Notes under the pieces: generated by a model | What the model was told of the DNA's origin: nothing | The model's input: the letters and a program-made list of their open reading frames with translations, nothing else | Databases searched by the model: none | Source: an uncultured Oscillospiraceae bacterium | GTDB lineage: Bacteria > Bacillota > Clostridia > Oscillospirales > Acutalibacteraceae | Direction of reading: 5' to 3' | NCBI GenBank assembly: GCA_902462665.1 | Contig: CABQCM010000001.1 | Location: forward strand, 1-25,898 | DNA: 25,898 nucleotides | Program-made: the position numbers and the translations under genes | Shown: positions 16,568-25,335 of the stretch, one piece after another | How the letters are laid out: each line of letters starts with the position of its first letter | Position numbering within the stretch: the stretch's first letter is position 1

Positions 16568-18667
16568 ATGAAACATGGTATGATGAAAACGAAACGGCTA
16601 CTTGCTGCCGCGCTGGTTCTAATCCTGGTACCGCTTGTTTTTGCCATGGCCACGTCGGCGGACTATTACCTGACTGGTATTGCCGGCATCGACAAGCAAA
16701 ACACCCCCAAATCCTTTGAATTGGTTCGCACCATCGGCAATTTCGAAGGAATTAGCGAAATGAAAAACCCCAACGATCTCTTTATTGACCAGAATGATAA
16801 TCTGTACATTCTGGACAGCGACAACAGCCGTATTGTGGTAACCGACAAAAACGGCACGGTGCTGCGGATAATCGAAGGGTCCTATGGCGTCGGTGCCGAC
16901 GGCAGCGGTCCTCAGCCGCTCAATCAGCCTCAGGGCCTTTACGTGGATGAAATCGGAGATATTTTTGTTGCCGATACCGAAAACGGACGTATTTTGCATC
17001 TGACGGGCGAGGGCGCTTTTGTTGAGGAGTTCTTCCAGCCTACGGAGGAAACCTACGACGAAACCTATCCCTCTAAGCCCAGTCATGTCGCAGTCGATTC
17101 GATGGGACGTATGTTCTGCACCAACTTCAAGGACTATCACGGCGTGATCGTCATTGATGGTGAAAACCACTTTTCGGGTTACATCGGCGCGACCAAGATC
17201 GAGGTTTCCTTCGTTGATAAGCTGCTTGAAATATTCGCTACCGAGGAACAGAAGGAAGCCATCGCCCGCGAAGTTCCGGCTTATTATTCCAACTTTGTTA
17301 TGAAGGACAACTTCCTCTATGCGGTTTCTTATTGGGATGAAACCAACCAAATCAAGAAACTGACTCCGGCCGGCTCCAATATCTATAGCGATATGTTTTA
17401 CGGCGAAGAGAATATGTCCACGGTGTTCAACTATTTGCCGGCATTTAAGGATATTGCAGTCGATGAAAACGAGATTATTTATGTTGCCGACGGCGTGACC
17501 AACAAGATTTATGTCTACGACCAAAACAGCAACAACCTGGCTGTGTTCGGCGGCAAGGGGAAGAGGGATAACAAGTTTGACACCATCGGCTCCATCGCGG
17601 TGGATTCCCAAGGGGATCTGTATGTGTTAGACAGTGTTATGAATACCATTCAGGTCTTCACCCCCACCGAACGTATGCAATATATCCTGAGCGGTACGAC
17701 CATGTACAACGAAGGTCGGTACGAGGATGCTGTTGAATCCTGGGGTAAGGTGCTGGAGTACGACTCCACCAACATTCTGGCCAACGTCGGTATGGCAAAG
17801 GCCGCTTATCGCAACGACGATTATGCTGAGGCGATGGAGCTTTATAAGGTCGCCTTTAACCGCGCTGGTTATTCTGAGGCTTACTATTATTACCGTTTGG
17901 ATTTTATCCGACAGTATTTCATTTGGGTTTTCCTTGGCGTGGTGGCCGCTATTGTTCTGTTGTGTTTCCTGATTTCCAAAGTGAAAAAGTACGCAGACCG
18001 CATTTCCTCTGAGCCGTTGTCCGAGAAAAAACGTTTGGGGCTTCGGGGAACCTTCCGGGCCGGAATATTGTTAATTTTCCACCCCATTGACTGTTTCTAC
18101 GCCATAAAGTACAGTCGAAAGAAAATTTCTTTCCTGCCGCCCATTATATTGACAGTATTGCTCATGCTGGTGCATGTAGTTTATCTCTATGCGGTGCATT
18201 TCCCCCTGTCCAGTTTCTTTGCCGCGTCAGGGGATATGTGGCAGCAGGTGCTGCTCTTCCTGGTTCCGCTGGCTTCCTGGATTTTTGTCAGCTATGCGCT
18301 GATTTCCATTGCCGACGGCAAGCAGACCTTCCGGGAAGCTTTGACCGCTAATATGTATTCCTTCCTGCCCTACATCCTGTTAATGCTGCCGCTGGCCGGG
18401 CTGTCGCATGTGATGTCGGCCACCGAAGCCGGATTATATGCCATTCTGACCAACGCAGTGATGCTGTGGTGTATTTGCCTGGTTCTGCTGTCAACCAAGA
18501 TTATGAACCAGTATAGCTTCGGCAAGCTGGTGGGGATGATTCTGATTATTATTTTCGGAATCATATGTCTGTGGATGCTGTGTATGCTGTTCTATATTGT
18601 GGTGTATCAAGCTGTGGACTTCTTCAAGGATGTGTATGAGGAGTTTGCCGTCATTCAAAATGGTTAA
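16568..18667 (+). CDS. NHL-repeat beta-propeller / TPR / YIP1 fusion membrane protein
   Basis: Signal peptide; NHL-like repeats (NPNDLFIDQNDNLYILDSDNSRI, QPQGLYVDEIGDIFVADTENGRI, DIAVDENEIIYVAD, SIAVDSQGDLYVLD); TPR-like GRYEDAVESWGKVL and DYAEAMELY; a TM helix; then IFHPIDCF and a five-TM YIP1-like C-terminus. ATG 16568 follows AGGAG. Confidence 0.85.
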   Translation: MKHGMMKTKRLLAAALVLILVPLVFAMATSADYYLTGIAGIDKQNTPKSFELVRTIGNFEGISEMKNPNDLFIDQNDNLYILDSDNSRIVVTDKNGTVLRIIEGSYGVGADGSGPQPLNQPQGLYVDEIGDIFVADTENGRILHLTGEGAFVEEFFQPTEETYDETYPSKPSHVAVDSMGRMFCTNFKDYHGVIVIDGENHFSGYIGATKIEVSFVDKLLEIFATEEQKEAIAREVPAYYSNFVMKDNFLYAVSYWDETNQIKKLTPAGSNIYSDMFYGEENMSTVFNYLPAFKDIAVDENEIIYVADGVTNKIYVYDQNSNNLAVFGGKGKRDNKFDTIGSIAVDSQGDLYVLDSVMNTIQVFTPTERMQYILSGTTMYNEGRYEDAVESWGKVLEYDSTNILANVGMAKAAYRNDDYAEAMELYKVAFNRAGYSEAYYYYRLDFIRQYFIWVFLGVVAAIVLLCFLISKVKKYADRISSEPLSEKKRLGLRGTFRAGILLIFHPIDCFYAIKYSRKKISFLPPIILTVLLMLVHVVYLYAVHFPLSSFFAASGDMWQQVLLFLVPLASWIFVSYALISIADGKQTFREALTANMYSFLPYILLMLPLAGLSHVMSATEAGLYAILTNAVMLWCICLVLLSTKIMNQYSFGKLVGMILIIIFGIICLWMLCMLFYIVVYQAVDFFKDVYEEFAVIQNG

Positions 18668-18714
18668 TCCTGACTGACCGCACGACAACCCACTAAGAGC
18701 AAAGGAGTGTTCTC

Positions 18715-21477
18715 ATGCTTAGCAAAAAGAAGCTTAAACTGCTGCGTTGGCTATCCGTGGTTGTGGTGATCGCGGTGGTTTTCGGCTGTGTCACCGTAGC
18801 TTCTGCCGTTGGCAGAAACAGTCAGGAAAGACTGATGGTGGATACGCTGACCTATCAATACCCGGGTACCGCGGCCCCGGCCGTTGACGCTGCAAATCCT
18901 GCCGGATTTACCGAGATGGATCCGCTGGCTGGTACCGATTATATCAAAGCTGCGGAAAACGACAACCTGATCCTCTATTATATGAACAAAATTGAGGAGG
19001 ATCCCCGTCTCAGCGGCAGCAGCAGCGGCGGCTTTACCGGTACTACCGTTGCATCGACCCGCGCTTATCGGGAAAACGTTAAGGTCTACGATAAGCGTAC
19101 AGGATACACCTGGAGCGGCGTAGTCGATGACGAACAGTTGCTTGCGACCGATCTCACCGATATTTATTATAAGACCATGCAGTCTCTGGTCCGCTTTAAA
19201 TATATTGATCTGGTGAAACGCAGCACCTCCAACGACGAGAAGGATGCCTTTACCTACGATGAGTATCATACCCTAACAGTGGAAACTGTCCCCAATGGTA
19301 TCCGCTTTAACTATGATTTTGTTAATTTGGGTATTAAGTTTGCCATGGATTTTCTCATTGAGGGCGATACCTTCCGGTGCCTCATTCCCAACGATTTGAT
19401 TGAGGAGAATGAGGAAGGTCTGGATGCCTATGAACAAACCAAGCAAACCATTAACCAGTATATTGATCGGATTCGGGAAATCATTGCACAAATTGAGAAA
19501 AAGGCCGCTGCTCAAAAGGATCTCGACGAAGTTGTTCAAAATGCGATTACCAACGCGTCGCAAGGCATCAGCCAGCTTTTGATTACGCTGCGCGATCAAA
19601 CTGGTACGGGTACGCTACAAACGAGCAACGTCACGAGCGCTATGGCGCAAATTGACATGCTGGAAATGGCGGCAAGCGACATTATGCAGGATGACTCGCT
19701 GTTTGAAGAAATGAATGAAAAGGTGGAATTCATTGGAGAGGCGGCTATGAAGATGGCCACCGAACGCTCCACTGGTATGACCAAGGTCAGCGTGCTTCCT
19801 TACTTTGGATCACAAAATTCTAAAACCGACGGTTATGCTTTTTATCCCGACGACGGCGGTTCCATTTCTTACTTTAACCGCACGCATTCCACCATGTCGG
19901 GCGAGTATTCGCAGGATATTTACGATGAGCATTCCCCGTCCTGGCGCGTCAATTCGGCGGCGGTTGAAGTAAAAGAAGGCCAAGCCGGCTATAACGCCAA
20001 TTTTGTTCGCCCCGCTAAGCTTCCGGTCTTTGGTATCAAGGCAGGCAACAGTGCTTATCTGGCCATTGTGGCGCAGGGAGACGGCGATGCAGCCATCAAT
20101 TTTGCTCCGGTGCGTACGGCCATTGTGGATATCTCCAATGCCTTTGTTACCTATACCATGCGGCAAAGCACCCGGTATTTGACCGAAAACGGCGGCCAGA
20201 TGCTCGCCTACGATAACATTCGAACCAAGCAGGATTGGGAAGTGCGCTACAACATGCTGGCGAATGAGGATGCAGATTACTCCGGCATGGCCATGTCGTA
20301 TCGGGACTTTTTGATAGCGACAGACCAGATAAAGGAATCGCCCATTATGTCTTGGGACGCACCTCCGCTTGGCTTGGAATATTTGATTGGCGCAATGAGT
20401 TCGCGTTCTTCCTTTGTGAAGGAATATGTGACCATGACCCGTTTCAGCGATATTCAGGATGATTTGGAAGAGTTGAAAAACAACGGCATCAACAATGTCA
20501 TGATCACCTGTTATGGCTGGGCCGAGGAGGATTGGAAGAAGTCGCCGGCTCCTTTGGTAATCAACAATTCGGTCGGCGGGGTTAAAGGCTTGCAGGAGCT
20601 TGGAAAATACACGCAGGATAAAAATATCCTTCTTAGCCTGGAAATCCAGGGACAATGGGTGAAGCTCTCCGATATCAACTCGGCGATCGCCTCGGTCGGC
20701 ACTATGAAAGGCAAGAGCAAGATTGCCTTTGAAACATACGGCTGGTATGTGCTCAATCCTCTTTATTATTACAATAAGGTTATGAATCTGGATCACGGCG
20801 ATATCCGTACTTATAAGAATTTTGGTATTAATGCTTTAACCACCCAACAGACAGCTATGGTGTACGACTATAATGAGTATGGTACGCTCAATCGCACCAA
20901 AGCGGCCGGTCTTCTGGCTAAGGTTGGCGAAACTTCTCAGAAGGAGTTGGGCTATGCGGTTGGTTGGGCAGCTCCAGGCTATATGCTCAAGAACCTTGAC
21001 TGGAACGCTTCTCTTGAGCCCCAAAACAGCGGTTATGCTTTCACCGATGAGGATGTGCCTTTCTATCAGATGGTGATGCATGGAATGGTTGCCTATACTT
21101 CGCCGTCGGCCAACTACAACTACAACGAAACGCTGCAGGGTCTGCAATATATTGAATATGGTTATCTTCCCTTCTATTCTTTGACCGAAGAATCGCCGTT
21201 TGATTTGCTCAACGCAGGATACACCGATTTCTCCTCCTCGACTAGCAGTGAGTGGATGGAAAAGATCATTGCCAAGTGCAAGGATTATCAAGAAAACCTG
21301 TATGATGTTTGGAACGGGACAATGAAAAAGCATGCCCGTTTGAGCGATACCTTGTCGAAGGTACAATATGTTACCCGGGAGGGCAAGGATGTGTTCGTTT
21401 ACGTCAACTACGCTGCCAGCGACGTGACGGTTGACGGTGTGACCGTTCCGGCAGAGAGCTACAAGGTTGTCCGCTAA
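18715..21477 (+). CDS. DUF5696-like large extracellular protein
   Basis: N-terminal signal/anchor; motifs AENDNLILY, DKRTGYTWS, VLPYFG, DGYAFYPDDGG, LPVFGIK, ADYSGMA..YRDFL, DVPFYQMVMHG and VYVNY...VTVDGVTVPAESY, typical of the proteins found in these NHL/YIP1/ABC loci. AAGGAG SD. Confidence 0.8.
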   Translation: MLSKKKLKLLRWLSVVVVIAVVFGCVTVASAVGRNSQERLMVDTLTYQYPGTAAPAVDAANPAGFTEMDPLAGTDYIKAAENDNLILYYMNKIEEDPRLSGSSSGGFTGTTVASTRAYRENVKVYDKRTGYTWSGVVDDEQLLATDLTDIYYKTMQSLVRFKYIDLVKRSTSNDEKDAFTYDEYHTLTVETVPNGIRFNYDFVNLGIKFAMDFLIEGDTFRCLIPNDLIEENEEGLDAYEQTKQTINQYIDRIREIIAQIEKKAAAQKDLDEVVQNAITNASQGISQLLITLRDQTGTGTLQTSNVTSAMAQIDMLEMAASDIMQDDSLFEEMNEKVEFIGEAAMKMATERSTGMTKVSVLPYFGSQNSKTDGYAFYPDDGGSISYFNRTHSTMSGEYSQDIYDEHSPSWRVNSAAVEVKEGQAGYNANFVRPAKLPVFGIKAGNSAYLAIVAQGDGDAAINFAPVRTAIVDISNAFVTYTMRQSTRYLTENGGQMLAYDNIRTKQDWEVRYNMLANEDADYSGMAMSYRDFLIATDQIKESPIMSWDAPPLGLEYLIGAMSSRSSFVKEYVTMTRFSDIQDDLEELKNNGINNVMITCYGWAEEDWKKSPAPLVINNSVGGVKGLQELGKYTQDKNILLSLEIQGQWVKLSDINSAIASVGTMKGKSKIAFETYGWYVLNPLYYYNKVMNLDHGDIRTYKNFGINALTTQQTAMVYDYNEYGTLNRTKAAGLLAKVGETSQKELGYAVGWAAPGYMLKNLDWNASLEPQNSGYAFTDEDVPFYQMVMHGMVAYTSPSANYNYNETLQGLQYIEYGYLPFYSLTEESPFDLLNAGYTDFSSSTSSEWMEKIIAKCKDYQENLYDVWNGTMKKHARLSDTLSKVQYVTREGKDVFVYVNYAASDVTVDGVTVPAESYKVVR

Positions 21478-21514
21478 CTAGACCATTGCTACTATAAAAA
21501 GGAGGGGAGTGCCC

Positions 21515-22522
21515 GTGAAAAACAAGCAGCACAACGAACCGGCTGCCGATGTGGAAAACACCGGGCTGAATAACCAATCCGACACTCAATCAACCGACGA
21601 GGCAAAAATCGTCGCGCCTCAAGCCCCAAATGCGGAGACTGTCGTCTCCGCTGGTGGGACGGCCGCCAAAAAGGTACGATCATTTTCATTGGAGCGCCGC
21701 CGTGCGGCCGCGGGGTATATTTTCACTTTACCCTTTATGATTGGTTTCGTTGCCTTTTTGATCTATCCGCTGGTGAAGAACCTGATACTGAGCTTGGGCA
21801 ACATCACAGAGATTCAGGGCCTTCAGACCGAATTTATTGGTTTTGAGCATTACCGGCAGCTTTTCATGGAGGATATTAAGTTTGTTCCCGCCTTTATTGA
21901 AACGCTGCAAACCACCTTCCTATGGACTCCTTTCATCTTGGTGTTTGCTCTTTTCATCGCGATTTTGCTCAATCGCAAGATCAAAGGCCGGGGTTTCTTC
22001 CGCGTCGTGTTCTTTATGCCGGTTTTGCTCGGCAGCGGCTATATCATGCAGCAGTTAAGCGGTTCGGCCAGTATTCTTGCCTTGCCGGAGGGCTTCCAGG
22101 ACTTTTTGACGTATTCTTTTAGCCCTCAAATCGCTGACTTTTTCAGCGAGCTGATTGGACAGATCATGAACGTGTTCTGGAAGACGGGCGTGCAGATCGT
22201 CATTTTCCTGTCGGCGCTACAAAGTGTTCCCGAGTCCTACTATGAAGCGGCCCGCGTGGATAATGCCAACGGCTGGGACTGCTTCTGGAAGGTGACGCTG
22301 CCGATGGTTTCGCCCACCATTCTGCTCAACGCTATCTACACCATCATCGAGAACTTCAGCTCCACCAGCAATGCAATCGGCGCGTATATTGTTCAGACTG
22401 GTATGAAAAACGCTGACTTTGAAACGGCGGCGGCGATGGGTTGGGTCTACTTCGCGGTAGTACTGGTGCTGGTCGGACTGATATTCCTGGTGTCTAGGAA
22501 GGCGGTTAAATATGACAAGTAA
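21515..22522 (+). CDS. Carbohydrate ABC permease (MalF/UgpA-like), second copy
   Basis: Motifs GYIFTLPFMIGF, FIGFEHY, FFRVVFFMPV and EAA loop VPESYYEAARVDNA. GTG start at 21515 or 21509. Confidence 0.93.
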   Translation: MKNKQHNEPAADVENTGLNNQSDTQSTDEAKIVAPQAPNAETVVSAGGTAAKKVRSFSLERRRAAAGYIFTLPFMIGFVAFLIYPLVKNLILSLGNITEIQGLQTEFIGFEHYRQLFMEDIKFVPAFIETLQTTFLWTPFILVFALFIAILLNRKIKGRGFFRVVFFMPVLLGSGYIMQQLSGSASILALPEGFQDFLTYSFSPQIADFFSELIGQIMNVFWKTGVQIVIFLSALQSVPESYYEAARVDNANGWDCFWKVTLPMVSPTILLNAIYTIIENFSSTSNAIGAYIVQTGMKNADFETAAAMGWVYFAVVLVLVGLIFLVSRKAVKYDK

Positions 22523-23468
22523 AGTAGATAACGTCAAAGTAAAAGCACGGGATTACCAAAAAAAGCTTTATAAATTCAATGAGCAGACCCTTCGTTTCAG
22601 TAAAAAGGGGATTGGCAATCTGGCTGGCAATCTGGTTACCTATGCGGTTTTGATTTCCTTGACGGTCATCTTCCTTGCGCCTTTTGTATACATGCTCAGC
22701 CGTTCGGTCATGTCGGCCAAGGATCTTGCTGACTTTTATAACGTCAAATGGTTGCCCCGTAGCTTTGTCTTCGAGAATTACAGCTATGCCTTTAAGATTT
22801 TGGATTATTGGAACACGCTGCTGCGTAGTCTTATTTACGCGGGATTGGCTACCCTGTTCCAGGTAATGTCCTGTTCTCTGGTAGCTTACGGTCTGGCGCG
22901 TATTCGTTTTAAGGGGAGCGGATTGCTTTTCGGCCTAGTGTTGTTTGCGCTAATTGTTCCCCCTCAGACCATCATCGTTACCCAGTATGTGATGTATTCC
23001 AATATGGGGCTGGTAGACACTGCAGTGCCGTTTATTTTGCCCTGTCTCTTTAGTCTGGGACTCAACGGCGGATTATTTACTTTTATTTTCCGTCAGTTTT
23101 ATCGGGGAATGCCGCAGGAATTGGAAAATGCTGCGCTCATTGACGGCACGGGCATCTTTGGTTCTTATTTCCGGGTGATTATGCCAAACGCCGCTTCTTC
23201 CATTCTGGTTACCTCCATTCTGTCTTTTATTTGGCACTGGAACGATTACTTTGAACCCAGTATTTATATCACCGACCGTAAGGCGTATTCGTTGACCATG
23301 ATGCTGCAAAATTTGAGTAGCAATACCCAGGCAATGTCGGGAGAAACGTTTACCAATGGTATTAACCTGGCTGCGACTTTCCTGTGCGCACTGCCGGTTA
23401 TCGTGATTTTCTTTGTCCTGCAGAGACGTTTTATGAAGGGCATCGAAACCACTGGTTTGGCAAACTAA
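22512..23468 (+). CDS. Carbohydrate ABC permease (MalG/UgpE-like), second copy
   Basis: Motifs FENY, VAYGLARIRFKG, EAA loop MPQELENAALIDG, FIWHWNDYF and QRRFMKGI. Overlaps the upstream stop. Confidence 0.93.
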   Translation: MTSKVDNVKVKARDYQKKLYKFNEQTLRFSKKGIGNLAGNLVTYAVLISLTVIFLAPFVYMLSRSVMSAKDLADFYNVKWLPRSFVFENYSYAFKILDYWNTLLRSLIYAGLATLFQVMSCSLVAYGLARIRFKGSGLLFGLVLFALIVPPQTIIVTQYVMYSNMGLVDTAVPFILPCLFSLGLNGGLFTFIFRQFYRGMPQELENAALIDGTGIFGSYFRVIMPNAASSILVTSILSFIWHWNDYFEPSIYITDRKAYSLTMMLQNLSSNTQAMSGETFTNGINLAATFLCALPVIVIFFVLQRRFMKGIETTGLAN

Positions 23469-23486
23469 GTTATTTTATTCCTACAC

Positions 23487-23517
23487 AAAAACGGAAGGCA
23501 ATCGCCTTCCGTTTTTT
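23487..23517 (+). terminator. Intrinsic terminator of the uptake operon
   Basis: AAAAACGGAAGGC-aatc-GCCTTCCGTTTTT, 19 nt after the last stop codon. Confidence 0.9.
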
Positions 23518-23684
23518 ATTTTGAAGATGCCTAGTAATAAATTCGGTAAGATGTAATTAAAAATGTATTTTTAGGGACGAGAATCTGATTCAGAACATGA
23601 ATGCTTGTCACCCGTGGAGTTTAAGGGAACCCCATACAGTTTTGAAATGCCGAAAAAAGGGATGCGGTTCGTTCCAATCGTTAG

Positions 23685-23950
23685 ACGATGCAATCAAGGT
23701 AGCATGCGTTTTACGCAAAATCCTTGAAACGCCGGGAGCGTTACACTGCTTCGCCTTGCGCCGACATGGCTGCACCACGCGCCTTCCCGGCGCGTCCAAA
23801 GACTCTGTGTGAAAAATTTTCTTTCCAAAGATCACGCAGCTTTTGCAGTCGGCAAGGCGACGAAAGAAAAATAGATTTCTCTTCAGGAACGGCAACGCAG
23901 ATGGGCGGCCAAAGATGCCGCCCTGCGGCGCATTGTACCCTGATTGCTTT
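23685..23950 (-). repeat. Dispersed ~265 bp structured intergenic element, copy 2 (inverted relative to copy 1)
   Basis: Its reverse complement aligns with 2351-2615. Exact blocks lie at 23884-23898, 23746-23755 and 23704-23716. Confidence 0.85.
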
Positions 23951-23960
23951 GTCTAGACAA

Positions 23961-24002
23961 AGGAGAGATGGATGGCGGGAGCAGGCCATCCATCTCTTCT
24001 TT
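23961..24002. terminator. Long hairpin, terminator-like
   Basis: AGGAGAGATGGATGGC-N8-GCCATCCATCTCTTCT is a 16 bp stem with one G-T pair. T tails are short, so the direction is unclear. Confidence 0.55.
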
Positions 24003-24286
24003 GCTGATGAAACACGCTTTGTTAGACAGGCTTCGGGCCTCCGATGTAAAACGGAAGGTATCTTTTTCTATTTTGTCCCCAAAGACTCGGCCTTTTCGTG
24101 TTTCTGACAACAGATCATAAAAAAGCAAGACCGCTTGAAGTATGCGAAACGACAAACGGTGATAGCCTCCGCAAAATTGCGGCATGCTTCGGATATATTG
24201 GTCTTTCGTGACAAGGGAAATGTATTTTTCCGAGCGGCTGATAAACTTAATTCCAAAACGCGGAAATAGATTTACAGTATCGGCAA

Positions 24287-24345
24287 ATAATAACGGCATG
24301 CCGTTATTATACTGCAGCCCAGCTAAAAGTCAACGGCAAACCGTT
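24287..24345. promoter_or_regulatory. Twin AACGG-N4-CCGTT operators overlapping a leftward sigma-A promoter
   Basis: Perfect 24 bp palindrome ATAATAACGGCATGCCGTTATTAT (24287-24310) and AACGGCAAACCGTT (24332-24345). Minus strand TTGACT (24333-24328), 16 bp spacer, TATAAT (24311-24306). Confidence 0.7.
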
Positions 24346-24408
24346 AAATTATAATGATTTTTAAAATGCAGCACGTTATAATTATTCACATCAGCGGGGG
24401 GAGATGCG

Positions 24409-24648
24409 ATGACTTATAGCAAGGCAATTGAAATCAGAATATTATCCTTGTGCGATCAAAGAGATTTTACGATATCTCATTTGGCCAGGTTATCGAATCT
24501 GCGTCAGTCAACCATAGAAGATATTTTACTTGGCAACACGAAGAATCCAACCTTGAAAACCCTGCATAAAATTTCAAAGGGATTTCAGATGACGGTCGCC
24601 GAGTTTTTGGATTTTCCTGAAATGAAAGAGGAAGAGTTTGAGGATTGA
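24409..24648 (+). CDS. Small XRE family HTH transcriptional regulator
   Basis: TISHLARLSNLRQSTIEDILLGNTKNPTLKTLHKISKGFQMTVAEFLDF; GGGGAG SD. Confidence 0.9.
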   Translation: MTYSKAIEIRILSLCDQRDFTISHLARLSNLRQSTIEDILLGNTKNPTLKTLHKISKGFQMTVAEFLDFPEMKEEEFED

Positions 24649-24649
24649 A

Positions 24650-24689
24650 CCCCCGATCACAGCTGCATGCTGATGAACGGGGGATTTTT
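24650..24689 (+). terminator. Probable terminator after the XRE gene
   Basis: CCCCCG...CGGGGG outer stem with inner CAGC/GCTG pairing, followed by ATTTTT. Confidence 0.6.
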
Positions 24690-25037
24690 GTTTGATCAAC
24701 ATGGCACAGCAATGTGTTGAGGGGAAAGAGGATGTTTCTGAGGCAACATTTGTTGACCGCGTAAAAACTTGGAGCTCCTTTGTTCAAGGCTTGTTTGACC
24801 AACCAGCTTTTGTACCTTTCTGCGAAAAGCTTTGTGTATGAATAAAATTTTGACGTATACACCATATTGGCGCGCGAGGTGTCCAGAAGTCCAAGGCGGA
24901 AAAAGGGCTGTTTGCAAAAACCGGCGACATCGGAAGAGGTAGGAAGCGCGCAGGTTTGGATTTTGCGAGCCGGATTGCGCTGATCCGCTGTTTGGGGGAT
25001 TTTAGACGGCAGACGGCAAAAAAAATGAAAAAAACAC

Positions 25038-25066
25038 TTGCATTTGACATTTCCATGTGGTATTAT
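25038..25066 (+). promoter_or_regulatory. S10 operon promoter
   Basis: TTGCAT (25038-25043), 17 bp spacer, TG-g-TATTAT (25058-25066), with A-tract UP-like element at 25018-25034. Confidence 0.75.
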
Positions 25067-25090
25067 TATCGGGCACGATTGTGCAGATAT

Positions 25091-25168
25091 GCGTTGATGC
25101 GGGAGGTGGCTGCCCACAGAGGCAGGGAATTTCCGCGGAGTATGTCCGATTTAAAACCGGGCGAACAA
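25091..25168 (+). ncRNA. Ribosomal protein leader RNA upstream of rpsJ (S10-Clostridia-type r-leader)
   Basis: GCGGGAG.../...TTTCCGC outer stem enclosing CTGCC-cacaga-GGCAG, then GGAGTATGTCCG...CGGGCGA. This resembles the conserved clostridial S10 5'UTR (recognised from memory, not by covariance search). Confidence 0.7.
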
Positions 25169-25335
25169 GGATTTCCGGCATGCGGCAGAGGCTGCTTCTA
25201 CCGTATGCGGATCGCGTTTTGTGCCATCCCGGATTTGCTGAAGAGGCAATTCCGGTTTTTTGGTGTCAGGGGATGAAACACCCGGCACAGTGTTCACAAA
25301 ACGAGCCCGCCAACTATGTTAAGGAGGCGAACCCC

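Noticed and set aside
11789..22537. Several long minus-strand ORFs opposite the uptake operon (e.g. 11789-12835, 14707-15654, 16619-17611, 19810-20796)
   Set aside because: They are antisense shadows of well-supported plus-strand genes.
24688..24803. TTGTTTGAYCAAC repeated at 24688 and 24791
   Set aside because: Only two short copies with no regular spacing or associated gene, so not a CRISPR or iteron array.
24860..25020. Possible third copy of the dispersed repeat
   Set aside because: Only scattered short matches; no collinear alignment by eye.
24467..25117. 216 aa minus-strand ORF
   Set aside because: It overlaps the XRE gene and the S10 promoter in antisense, has no SD and has no protein-like motifs.
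25057..25335. N-terminal extension of RpsJ in the ORF track
   Set aside because: It overlaps the promoter and leader RNA; the true start has AAGGAGG before ATG 25336.
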